Made by a program: the position numbers and the translations under genes. Positions 11,070-22,870 of a stretch of 64,000 bases of DNA are shown here, in pieces. Position 1 is the first letter of the stretch, and every line of letters begins with the position of its first letter. Source of the stretch: Lepidodermella squamata (Eukaryota > Animalia > Gastrotricha); contig JBLDXI010000058.1 in assembly GCA_047495785.1 (NCBI GenBank), positions 62,001 through 126,000 on the forward strand, read 5' to 3'. A model generated the notes under the pieces. The model was not told where the DNA came from. It was given only the letters and a program-made list of their open reading frames with translations, and did not search any database.

Positions 11070-11486
11070 AACTTTTTGGTTTGGACGAGCCCCAACCGAC
11101 CCTAAGTGCAGGTTCTGACGGGGAACTTGGGAAAGTTGAAAGTTTTCAGTTGAATAAGAAGATCGCGTGAGAAGACGCTGCCGATGCTTGTGCCGATGTC
11201 CTATGTCATCGGAGCTGTCTCCTGCGTTACCGAGTCTTCTCCCGCTAGACTGGTTTGAAAAAACTAGTTCCTAGTATAAGTGGGCCCTCCAGATTCGGTG
11301 ATCTCCGAAAGAGCTGAGATTGAACGCAGCTGAAAGTATGTTTAAACACCGTACGCCGCCAAGTCGAAGGCTCAGCTCTCAGCGTATAGCGTAATGTCTA
11401 ATTTTACACCCAACATCTCTCACCTCTCTATCGATTGAGTAAATAAGGAGGTTCGCCTCGATAATATCAAAACTTATTATAATTCA

Positions 11487-11650
11487 AATGGGCTTTCCGT
11501 GAATCCTAAGAAGTGTGTCGTTCTTAGGTTAGGAAGATGTGCTATTGACTTTGAATATAATATTAATGGTAATAAATTAGCCTTCGAAAAAGTTGTTTAA
11601 GATCTCGGTTTTTATATTGATAGCCAGCTCAATTTTTCTTACAATATATA
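11487..11650 (+). mobile_element. CR1/L2-like RT C-terminal fragment
   Basis: NGLSVNPKKCVVLRLG..YNINGNKL....*DLGFYIDSQLNF. Confidence 0.75.
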
Positions 11651-11655
11651 TCGTA

Positions 11656-11867
11656 TATCGTTAGCGATACGCCAAAACAACCCCTTTGCATTTATAGCTT
11701 TTTTAAGGAAAGTACGTTCGACCCTTGAACGTAAATTCAAATTACGATAAGTACGATTTGTGCTCAAACACGCCGAGCGCCGAGCGTGCTCCTTCTTCAC
11801 GTTCGGCTCGTCAAAGTACGATCGAATGAGTCATCAAAGTGGTTGCTTTGGCGCGTCGCTAACGATA
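11656..11867. mobile_element. MITE (about 212 bp), TA-flanked, Tc1/mariner-like
   Basis: TATCGTTAGCGATACGCCAAAACAACC matches the reverse complement of 11841-11867 with 3 mismatches. TA on both flanks. Confidence 0.75.
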
Positions 11868-11880
11868 TACAACAATAATT

Positions 11881-13225
11881 CGCGAGCGAAGCGAAGCGAG
11901 CTATAATATAGCTAACGGTATTTTACCGTAATTTTGAATGGGAATAGTCTAAAATTGGCTGGGACTCCGCGTGATCCGTGACCCCGCGTGACAGATTTTG
12001 AGCACTCCTGGCCTAAACGACCCAAAACAGCCATTTTTCCCGTTCCGTTAAAGTCATTTCCGTAAAAAATCGAGTTTCGAAAGGCAACCTTCTACCTCCT
12101 TCTCAAGATCTTACGAAAGCCAAAAGCTCACGAAAGCCATTACTCATTATTTATCAATAATTTCCTACAAATGTTGTATATTTTTAGGGATATCGTCGTT
12201 ACACTGATGAAAAAGGATGAAAGATCTTCAGCTGATCGCTGATTTGATGCTATCTGATGTGATGCTGTCAGCTTATTCATCAGCAAATTCAACTTCATTA
12301 GTCCAACGACGATTAATGCATTTTCGAAAGGCCGAGCTGCATAAAAGAAAACGAATTATGAACATTTACTTGCACCATAATAATGCAGAACCTTTTCATA
12401 GTAACCGAACATGAATTGACCCGAAATATAAAACGTTATATATATTGATGTGTCTGGGACTTTGACAGAGATGATATGTGCTCGGATCGAATGGCCATCA
12501 TATGAAGATGTTCATCCATTTTTACGAACATTTAGAGAAGCGGCTATAATGATACAAAATTATTACGGCCCTCTAGAGACGTTGTTATGGTTACGAAGGA
12601 ATGTGTACATAAAAGTACTGAGACATGCAAGGTAAATATTATTTAGATTTTGTCGAGATGGGGCAATAGCGATCTGTCCTGACAATACCTTATGGCTGTT
12701 TTTCGGAAATTATCACTTGAACTGCCTTAATCTTGGACTACCAACGAAGGAACTAGAAACCATCATCCCGAGTGGCACCTTTCTGATCCAGTAATATTCA
12801 CAGAATGACTGTATTATGAGTTATCGTAAAATGTTCATATCCTTAAACAAGTTATGCCTCACCTTCTTAGCACTTTCAATGTACCTGATTGAATTGGCGT
12901 GGGATGGGCCTATTCCTACGTTATTCCAATGGGAATGGCTACGCTAAAACGTAAATCTGGCATTTCATTTTTATCTTATACCAATCCTGGTTCCAATAAC
13001 TTTTGACGGTATTTCGGGCATTATTTCATAGCTGCAAAATTATGAAACTCATTTCTACCTTGCGGCTGAAAAAAGTCACGACAAATTAACGAGACTTAGG
13101 AGACCATAAGCTGTTAAATAGTATCGGCGCATCACAGCTTAGAGCTTGTACACGAAGAGGCGCTCCGAAATGTGCACTTGGCTGGCGAGAACTCGACTTC
13201 CGCCCGCTTCGCTTCACCAGTCTCG
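11881..13225. mobile_element. Possible non-autonomous element bounded by GAAGCGAAGCGAGC / GCCCGCTTCGCTTC inverted motifs
   Basis: 14-bp inverted repeat with 1 mismatch at 11888-11901 and 13202-13215. The interior has only broken ORFs. Confidence 0.3.
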
Positions 13226-13450
13226 GCGACACAACAGTAAACTTTCGGGCTCTGCTACGCGGTCGTTCTCATCGCGTGTAGACGCATCGTGCCTATCCCA
13301 TGCGATGTTCCCCAATGCTCGATGTCTTACCCACGCCGGTTGTGGTTTTTTATCAATTAACTGCAAATTTTTCGCTGTTTTTTAGCGACTCAATCGTAGC
13401 CCGAGGAAAATCGCCAGAAGAGTTCGATTCGATACGGTCGCCTGAAGATA

Positions 13451-13890
13451 ATATATGTCGTATATCATGAAGCAATTCCCCCAATAGCCGATTGAGTTAC
13501 CGTATTAACCAATCGGTCTAAGATGGCCGCATTGGTAAATGGGATACATCATTTCCAATAATTCCTTGCTTATTGAGATATCGTATTGAGCAATAACGTA
13601 CCGTCATTTGGGGTAAATCGGACCTGGGAAAAAATATGACCCCTGTTCTTTCGCATTTTAACACGTTTCAGAGGGTTCTGATTCCGATTTTATAACAATC
13701 TAAATTTACCCCAGAAATGTCCAATTGGCCCCCATGGTTTATTTGGCCTTGCTAAATGAGGTATCGCAATCGGTAATAATTATTTCAACTTATATTAAAT
13801 TGCACTAAAAACCTACTCAATGGCGATTCGCCTAATACGGTAACTCAATCGGCTATTGGGAGCTATTGCTAAATGATATACGACATATAT
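13451..13890. mobile_element. MITE (about 440 bp) with about 57-bp imperfect TIRs in a TA context
   Basis: ATATATGTCGTATATCAT..CCCAATAGCCGATTGAGTTACCGTATTA (13451-13507) is mirrored at 13833-13890. Confidence 0.85.
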
Positions 13891-13891
13891 A

Positions 13892-14532
13892 TGTTGTACG
13901 CCTATAGTAGCCAATCTGAGCTCTAAGTTCGCACCTCACGGGGGAAAGTCATGTCGCCCAGGAGACCTGCCCGCCGATGAATTCTCGTACATTTACAAGG
14001 GGAATCCGTTCTCCATGTGGAATCTGTAGCGCTGTTGTCACTTGTCTCATATCTAAAACCATGCGGAGGAGCAGCAAGAGTCTTTGAATCTTTCACCGGG
14101 GTATTCTTTGCAAGCCGATGAACCAGCCGCTTGGCAACAAGGCTCGAAGCGAGTCTAGCGGCAAACCGTCGTGCAAGCTTGCCGCGGGTAAACCTTTCTT
14201 CCCAAAGTCGGCCTTCCGCAGCCAGGCGAGATCTTTTCAGTCGTGTCGGCAAGCCACCCTGATAACAGTATGAACTTTACCAGTCGCCTCTAGCATAATG
14301 AGCTCTCCTCTCAATTTTCAATTACTTCAACGATAGCTCTTCTTTGATAGCTGTCCTAAAACGACGTATTTATAGGCTTCTCCGGGAGAGTGGAAAACCA
14401 CCTGGGTCTAATGCTTACGCCTGAGGAAGACCACTAAGTGGAATAACTATGGGAAACCACACCTGACCGAAACGTTCTTAAAGCATTAGCTCCCGATAGC
14501 TTCGCTCAAGCCCGCATTGTTCACCTGTTATA
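13892..14532 (-). mobile_element. Possible solo LTR
   Basis: TGTTGTA..CTGTTATA termini (one end degenerate) and an internal minus-strand TATAAATA near 14367-14374. Target-site duplication unclear. Confidence 0.3.
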
Positions 14533-17500
14533 TATCGGTGATCCACGATCATGATCATGAGCCACTGCTTTATTATGAATCACCTTGCATGTGCGATGCT
14601 GGTCACCTAAAACGCGATCTCATTGGTAATCAAAGTTTTCTTCATTGTTATTAAAGAGCTTTAACGTTGGCAGGAACTTTGCTTGGTCACAATCAACGCT
14701 CGACAGTATGGCGACTCTCTGAAGTCTCTCCGTAGTGCTATACCTCCTCTATTCACCACCATTATTCACCCAGGCATAATATTCCTTGACTCAAATTATC
14801 ATCTACCATCAAACGGATGTTTATGTCCTTAATTTATAGAATATACACCATCTTTTTGCTATTCTAAATTTTGTATGACCGAGGTGTCAGACCTCATTCT
14901 TTTATGAAATGAAGGAAAATCCCATGGGATTAATCTGAAAAAGTTGAATTACGTAATTTGATGACGTTATTCGGCGCGAGGGAGCCGCACAATGTACCGC
15001 AGACATATATTCGAAGTGTCTGCTAGCGGTTTCTTGGTCCCTCGCTGACACTTAAAAACAGCAGCAGATGCAAAATCAACATTGGCTAAATTGATAAGTT
15101 GGCAAAGTGTAGCTGATATGTATAGCAAGATTTGTTGCGCACTATGTCGTTTTAACATGATGTGGCCGGTACCTATTTGCCAAGGGAAAAGTGCTTAATT
15201 GCCCCATCTTTCTTATTAAACTCGAAGGCATCTGAAACAACAACTGACTTGCTCATCTGACGTATCGCGACATCAGACCACCATGCGGGTTTGTTCAGCT
15301 TCCTTTCGTTCCTTCTATGAATTTATCGCATGAAAAAGCAGCAAGACGAAATGTCATATTTATTGTCATAATTATTGGGGAACAAAGATAAAATATCGAT
15401 ATAACTATCAGCCGGGAGCATCTCAGAAGCTATTCGTAATGCTATCGTTATTTTATGTGTAATGGCAATTTTTTACTTAAATACGGCCCATTATTCGCTT
15501 TGCGCAGCTCAGACTTTCTTCTGGCCTGGCATGTTTTCATGCAGTTGCTGTGGTGGAGAGGCACACTTGGACTGGTATATCGCCACAGAAATATTGCGCT
15601 GGGGTAAAATCGATTCCTCCCCGCGGTGTTTATATACTATCGGCACAAGCAAGCGGCAATAAAGTGGTGTAGCTGTACGCAAAACCACGCATACACTCAT
15701 TATTTTAATAATCATTAGTATTGTCACCGTGCCACCCTGCGTCGACTTGTTTATATTAAGTCTTTGTTTCTTTTCATTGTCTCTGTAGTTCTCTCTCCCC
15801 CTCCCATCATTGCATTTCAACTGCATGTATGTACTACTTATCGTATATAGGTAGGTGTATGATTTTGCGGGATGTGTGCCTCTCGCTAGGTGCGCGTATT
15901 AATAATATTATAATAAAATGCGCAATACAGGCGGCACTGTGTACTGTGTCAACGTCGAGATGTCTCAGCTGTAGTCAGTCGCAGCTCGCTATCAATATAC
16001 AATGCTACCGCACTTCCAAACTCCATGTATTAATGAAGCAATGGTAATTTGCTTTTTCTATTATATGAAACTTTACACTCGAATGAATCTGCGCCAGAAA
16101 ACGATAGAATAACGCCCCTCGTTATTCTCATTAATTGCGCACCAGCTACATCAGCGTCGTTAATAGCTACTTTGGCGTATGCACGTCATCCTTACAAATC
16201 ATCAGAAATTCAACTTAGCAACTTTTTTGCAACTAGCAAAGCCTAATCACGCACTGTGAGTAGGCTACACCCCCAGGCTTTTAATTTTTGGCCCATATTA
16301 TTTCTCCGTAGTAATTTCGGTATTTTAGTTGACCATTTCATTTTGTTCTCAATTGATTGATTGATTTATTCTTTTCTGGCGCGAAAGCTTCAATACATTT
16401 ACCCCTACCAACTGAATACTGATTTTATATGTCGTAGGTCTTATTAAATTCAAATTTCATCAGTTATTACATACATGGGATTTCAAAGTACATCGGTTTG
16501 ATATAAAATTTGATAATCTCCAGAGGAATTTTTCTAATTCAATAATACTCGTACATTCGCATATCTTTGAATATATACCTAATGTCACGCTTTACAGCGG
16601 ACTTGCTGTTAGATTCTCTCTATTTGAGCAAAATCTTGATATTGCATCCGCTCGACATGTTTTTAGCGTTCCGTCGACGCAAGTCATTTTCTGCCCTGTT
16701 TAATTGCCCTTTTCTTTATTCTCTCGCTCTCTTTTCATTTGCCGGCCCTGATTGAAGTCAGCTGACCGTCAAGCCTATCGCAGCCTGAAAATGATTAATG
16801 CATGCGTTAATTATACTCTCATCGATTTTCACAACGTCATATTTCCTCTGATATATCGCGCTTCCTCAATCTTACATGCCTAGTACATGCCTCGCTCCTC
16901 CTCATTGATTAAGAATAACGCTAGTTGAGGTTGATGCCGAATAGGTTTTAAATGCTTCATTAGAACTTGGAAATTTTTAAACCGCTTTTATCTCGCATGG
17001 GAAACGTGAGTATTCCCATGCAGGGTGCCATTATTTTGTATTACACGTACAAAATTTACATTAGCTGAGCTGATCGATAGGCCAAATACGTATACACTTT
17101 CGCGAGTAGAACGAGCATACATATATCATTTGCTGCTGAATTAAACTTGTATTATGCTATCGATGATGATGATGCTGATGAGAAGCCTCGTTGCTCTCAG
17201 GCTCACTTGATGCTAATAACAGCGTCCCCTACATTCACGTATCGAATGAAGTATCGCGATTGCGATAAGAGAAACCTATAGCGATGATTATAGCGCCTGC
17301 GCCGTGCGTACCTAATATCGTGCGGATTCAAAAAGTCATCTCTCGAATGAAATGCTCGCGATAATTCGTCGATATTATACGTTCCCGTTTATTTTAAAAA
17401 ATTCACCATATCGACATTTTGGGACCTAATGCCGAGTCCGCGTATGGGGGCCAGTTTTTCTAGATTTTAAGCATCCATAAAAGCATCTCATATCTCATTA

Positions 17501-17994
17501 AATAATATCAAGGTATATAGGTTGCAGCTCCTTAAAATTTACATGTTTTCAAAGCAAAGCAGGTTTGAGAGTAACGACGTATTCTAAGAGGCTAAGTGTT
17601 AATATTCCACTGCTCGTTTGGAATTTCTAGCTAAGGAATTTACGAATCATCGAGCTGTTTTCCTGACAATATTATTTTTTCGCCCAAACACTTCATCTGA
17701 TTTTCTCTTTATTATTGCCCTCGGTATCTTGCTTAGAGCTTCGAGGTAAACTTCAGGTATTTGCACTGACTTGAAAAAATATTAGCTTGCGGCAAGTCGA
17801 TAACAGAGTCTATGATAGCAAATCAATCAATAGGTCGACTTCGCTTGAGGCTGTATATGCCTGTTTTACATTTGGCTAATACATTATTTTTGCACCTTGT
17901 GGAAGTTATTCTCGCTACCGAGGCTTTTATAGCCCTTGAAAACCGCTGATTACATTATTCATATTTTCCCGTGTTTTAGGGTTTACCGTGTATT

Positions 17995-20693
17995 ATGATA
18001 GACGGACTTTTGGTGATAAGTCCGGAACAAGAAAATGCAGAGAAGGAAGCGCAGCGGATGAAATGTGAAAATGAAATCCATGAGATTTCGGTTAATATGA
18101 CTAATTTGTTGGCGTCCATGACTCAAGTGGAAGCTCTCAATCACACCTCGCCACTAGCCTGCTCGCCCAACTTCGATGGACGGCTTTGTTGGTCCCAAGT
18201 CTTAGCAGGTGAGTTAGAGCGTTTATAACGCAACGCTGAGTGATAAGTATATTCTATTTTAATAGGAAGTGACGTGTCTGTACCATGCCCGCAGTTCATA
18301 AATGGCTATGTCAATGATACAGAAGACAGATGTAAATCTCACCTCATTGATGACTGTAATTCTTTTACTATATTGATCTTTCTCATCCAGATAACGTTAT
18401 ACGCCGGTGCAATGCTCAAGGTAAAAATGCTTATTATTTGTCTTCAATCAGCTATCATCTCATGTTTATACTCGTTTTCATAACTTGTACTGATAGGTGT
18501 TTGGGAGTGGATTCCAGGTGAGAATCGAGCTAGTTTGACTAATGAATGATGACAAAATGCCATTTTACTTAACTAGATCATGACTATACTTTCTGTGGCG
18601 AGTTACTTCTGCAATGGAACTCGGTGTTGACCTGGCTGGTATAATCATTTTCTTTTGGCCAACGTTTGGCCTAACATTTTTCTTTTCGGCAAACAGACCG
18701 GTCATTTGGATACTGTAGCTTGGATATACACTATTGGGTAAGGTCATCGATTTGATTACATAGAACAGAAGTTGCTCTCTAAACTGACACTTCGATATTC
18801 AATTTAAATAGCAAATCTGTTTTACTCGTGCCTTAATTCTAAATTATGCATGGTTTATTTTTCTATTATTCAAATATCATCGTTTCTTATTTTTCAGCTA
18901 TTGTGTGTGTCTTGGGCCTCTGCTCGCTTCCGTATTCGTACTCATGGCTTTCAGGTAAGTTGCACTTCCTCTTTGGCCAAACTGATTTCATGATTCTTCG
19001 GCATCTTTTGAACGCAGAAGGCTTCGTTGCCCGAGAAACTACATTCACGTCAACTTCTTTGCTTCCGTCATATTCCAATTCATCACCTCACTTATCAAAG
19101 ACATCGTGCAACCATCAAAATGGGTTTGTTGAAACTATAACCGAGAAAAATCAATATTAGGTTCAATATTCAATATTAGGTTCAAGGCGATCCTAATCCT
19201 GATTTAGTAAAGGTTGGCATCCCCACTGCTTATTTTGTGGGAATATTCATTTTTTATTTTCGCAGCTTTTTGGCTGCCGCTCAATCTTTGTCGCCTCTTA
19301 CTACTTTTCATCTGCCACATGCGCTTGGACCTTTGTCGAAGGCCTCTACCTGTACATCCTCATGTTTTCAACACAAGCTGTCGAGCAAAATATTTGGAAG
19401 AAGTTGATGGCACTTGGTAAGTGGAGACTTCCGAACTCAATCTATATTAAAACACGGCGTACGTCCCGTTAAGGTTGGGGTGCTCCCTTCGTTTTTGTTC
19501 TTGGGTGGGGCCTGTGCCGCTATTTTGTGGACAACTCGGATTGCTGGTCTTCTCATTACCAAAACAGCTATGTGTTTTATGTACTCAAGCTACCTAATGT
19601 CGGTATGATCTCGGTATGTCATTTCTACATCAGCGATATAATGTTCTGACTTCACCTGACCATTTATTCGCTTTTTAGTGCACGTTCTTCTTTTTCATCC
19701 GGATATTCATCACGCTTCTTCATAAGGTGAATTTTATTCAATGATTTATTATTACCAAAGTTGAACTCGATTTTTCCTACAGTTGCGAGCTGATCAGAAT
19801 TCACGTCGTCCAACGGGCATGGCGTATGTTGCACTAGCTGAAAGCAGTTGAAAAATTATATACATTTCATGATTTTAAGCACTCGCATGGTGAAATCCAC
19901 TCTTGCCTTGATCGTCCTCTTCGGAGTGCCGTAGTAAGTGAAGTGTTTTATCACATATTACTATAGCTAAATTGCATTTCTACGTAGCATTACATTTGCT
20001 TTCATGCCCGATAACGAAATACCATTCACACGCCTGAATTTAATCAAGTGGCACAAAGCTCTCGTCATCAAACTCTACTTCGAATTCTCCTTTCAGGTCA
20101 TCCAGGTAAACATTGAGTTTATTCCGGGTATTAGCGTGTTTTCTCAGTTTCGCGACTTTAATAGAACGTTTGCCTTTATTAACCTTGAGTTAGGACTCTG
20201 AAATATTGTCTATGAATTGGGATTACTGCCGTTATAATGGTTTAACATCATAAATTAGGGACAATTTCAAAGGTTCATGATAAGATTGCAAGATTTCTAT
20301 TTTTCAGGCGCTTGCTCTAGTCGCATTGTTTGCCTTCGGAAACACGGAAGTTCAGGAGGAACTTGCTTATTTGTTTTCCCGTCTGCGGCACTCCATTTTC
20401 GGCGGGCGCCTTCCTCAGCGGACTTCTCATTTGCGTTCGCGAACTTCTACAGCCACGTCAAGAGCTTACACGAATCCTGAGATGCAAGCGCCAGTAAACG
20501 GAACTTCTAATGCAGGTGAGTCAGATCACTTTCGCGAAAATGATTACGTGTTCTTATTTGCGGTATTTCAGAAGAATCTTCCTTATTACATAATCACAAA
20601 GCTGACAATGACGTAGTAAATGACGAGCAAGAGACTCATTTTGGCACGGATGAGCAAATTAGCACGGCGGCCGATGGGGCTAGCAAAGATTGA
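17995..20693 (+). CDS. Class B1 (secretin family) GPCR, PTH/glucagon-receptor-like, 16 coding exons
   Basis: Phase-consistent exons: 17995-18208, 18266-18331, 18391-18420, 18497-18518, 18577-18638, 18697-18737, 18898-18954, 19018-19123, 19266-19416, 19474-19613, 19679-19726, 19783-19823, 19880-19933, 19988-20105, 20308-20515, 20572-20693. Hormone-binding domain C..FDG.LCW..VPCP..RRC..G.W..DY..C, then IYTIGY, RRLRCPRNYIH..IKD, W.FVEGLYL, GWG.P, CW, KSTL.L..LFG and N.EVQ.EL. An upstream signal-peptide exon is possible but not found. Confidence 0.93.
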
Positions 20694-20801
20694 CCGTCTA
20701 ATCGACAGACTTGTCTTTTTAGTCTTTTCAAGTGGAAACGATCAATTTCATCGTGAATAGTCATTCTTAACTATTTTTATACGAAACTCTATATGACAAG
20801 G

Positions 20802-20807
20802 AATAAA
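20802..20807 (+). terminator. Candidate polyadenylation signal of the GPCR gene
   Basis: AATAAA about 110 nt after the stop, followed by GT/T-rich sequence. Confidence 0.55.
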
Positions 20808-22870
20808 AGTCAGTTCTTGCTGTTTATGTCATCTCTCATATGATAATTATCGGTCGGTAAGTTGCGGTCTTTTGAATGTTCGTCTTTCGAATACTCGCGG
20901 ACCCCGTTCAGTGCACTGCCTTACTTGTCTGCCTGTGCAGACGGCTTACATGGATGGATGAGCTGCTGCTTCCTGCTTCCTGGCAGACAAGTAATGCTTA
21001 GGCTCCGGTTTCGTAGCGCTCCTCTTCGTAGCGAAACGAAGGGAAATTATCGAAATCCGTCGTAGAAATGGTAAATCCTTTGAGCTCAATGGGGATCGAT
21101 GCTTGAGACTGAAGAGCTTTGTGACGTCAACTTATAAAATTCAATCAAAACTGGTAGTTAAGCAGATATGGACACATTCAAGTTGAACTGGATTATGATG
21201 AGCATTCCTTTAGACGCAAAACCAGCTTTTTTGTTGTCGCGAAATGGATACATGATGTCCTAATATTAGCACTGTGTTTTTGCGCGTCAAAATCATGAGA
21301 TTACCTACATGAGATAGCTGCGCTCTAATTTGTTTATTGCTGATCGCGTAAATAATAAAAATAATGCTTTTCTACCGTCAATAAGAAAAATATTCTCACA
21401 ATTTGTTGCGCATGTGTTTGTCATTTGGTCGGCAAGAATTCAGCGAGCATAAAATGGCGCGTGATTCGAAACTATTCGACACCTCAAGTGGCATATATTA
21501 TGCGGCATTTGAACGCTGGGCAATTGAATGCGCGGAATTTTAGGCAGTAACATATTCTATGCACCAACTCTTCATTCACTGTACCCGCAATTCGTTCTTA
21601 TTCTTGAGATGGCAGTACAGCTGTACCGTGTAAAAGTAGATAAATTCCAGCTATCTATAGGTATATCAAGTTTTTACTCCAATACACCAACGAGTAGCGT
21701 AACTGATGTAATTGCAAGATGACTCCAAATTTGCGCTTTCGATTTGATGAATGATATGCTATAGTCAGCAGTTCCCTTACATGGCAGAATTAGATAGATA
21801 AACACCTTTGATTGAGTATAGCCGCAAAAAAGTAATCGGCTCCTCTATTTCATAATAATAACTGTACACCCAGCTATCTTCTGAAACAACAGTGTTACAG
21901 TTCAAAATCAGTGATACCTATGCATACACGCTCGCTCTTGAATGGAGCGGGAAGAAATTATCTAAACAAACTGGCGCCGCGCCGCTGATACATTTAAGCG
22001 TGTACATCTTATAGCAATCTCGCTGATTCTCCGCAGCGCGAGTTTGATCTATAGCCAGGCGAATCTTCAGTACCCAGGTGTCATTCGTGTTTTGCATGTA
22101 AAAGCCGGTGTAATGACCATAAGATCGTTTTACGTAAACAATAGCCGCGTCCACGTTAACTAAATGTTCCGCGTATACTCAGTACAGAGCGCCTCGCGAT
22201 GCTTATTCTAGCTAGCGAGAACCATCGATACATTTTGAGCATACGGCGATCTTAACCAAGATCGCCCATGCAATAACTTGTTTTCGTACACAAACGTTGA
22301 CTGATTGCTATCGAATCTTACGCATCTTGTTAATTGCAAAACCACCGACTTCTTCATATTCTGCGATAGGGTTCTGTTGTTTATTGCATACTAACCGGTG
22401 GTTTTGAAATCGTGGGGCAACAGATACCTATTAAAAAGCATCTTTGAGAGCTCATTCTCCGCTTTGTTTACGATAACACCGAAACCGCGCCATGTGGTAA
22501 ACAATGAAAACAGTTTCCGATCTAGTAGCCAATACCAACTACCGATAATACTGGTTGTAGAAGAGCGTTACGCGTCATCGATCAGTAATTACCTTCACCA
22601 CTCTGTTTTCGGGCTTGTTGCTTTTTCCGCGGGAGTTCCGAATGATTGCATTTTTGTTTTGTTTAGTCCCTCAGGTATGCTTGAGATCTATCGACACGGC
22701 TATGTTGCGGTCCAGTGGCCAGATGCCTGTCTATTGTAAACCTGCCTGCTGTAACCCGCCAAAAACCTTGCGAAAAAACTGTTGAAAAATTGTTCGGTTT
22801 TGTTGTTAGCGCGATATGTTTATGGCTGATTTATGTTTACGTGATTATTGAGAGAGCTGCGGTCAGGAAG

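Noticed and set aside
12217-12635. Two short plus-strand ORFs as a gene
   Set aside because: No recognisable motif, and all frames after the upstream acceptor hit stops.
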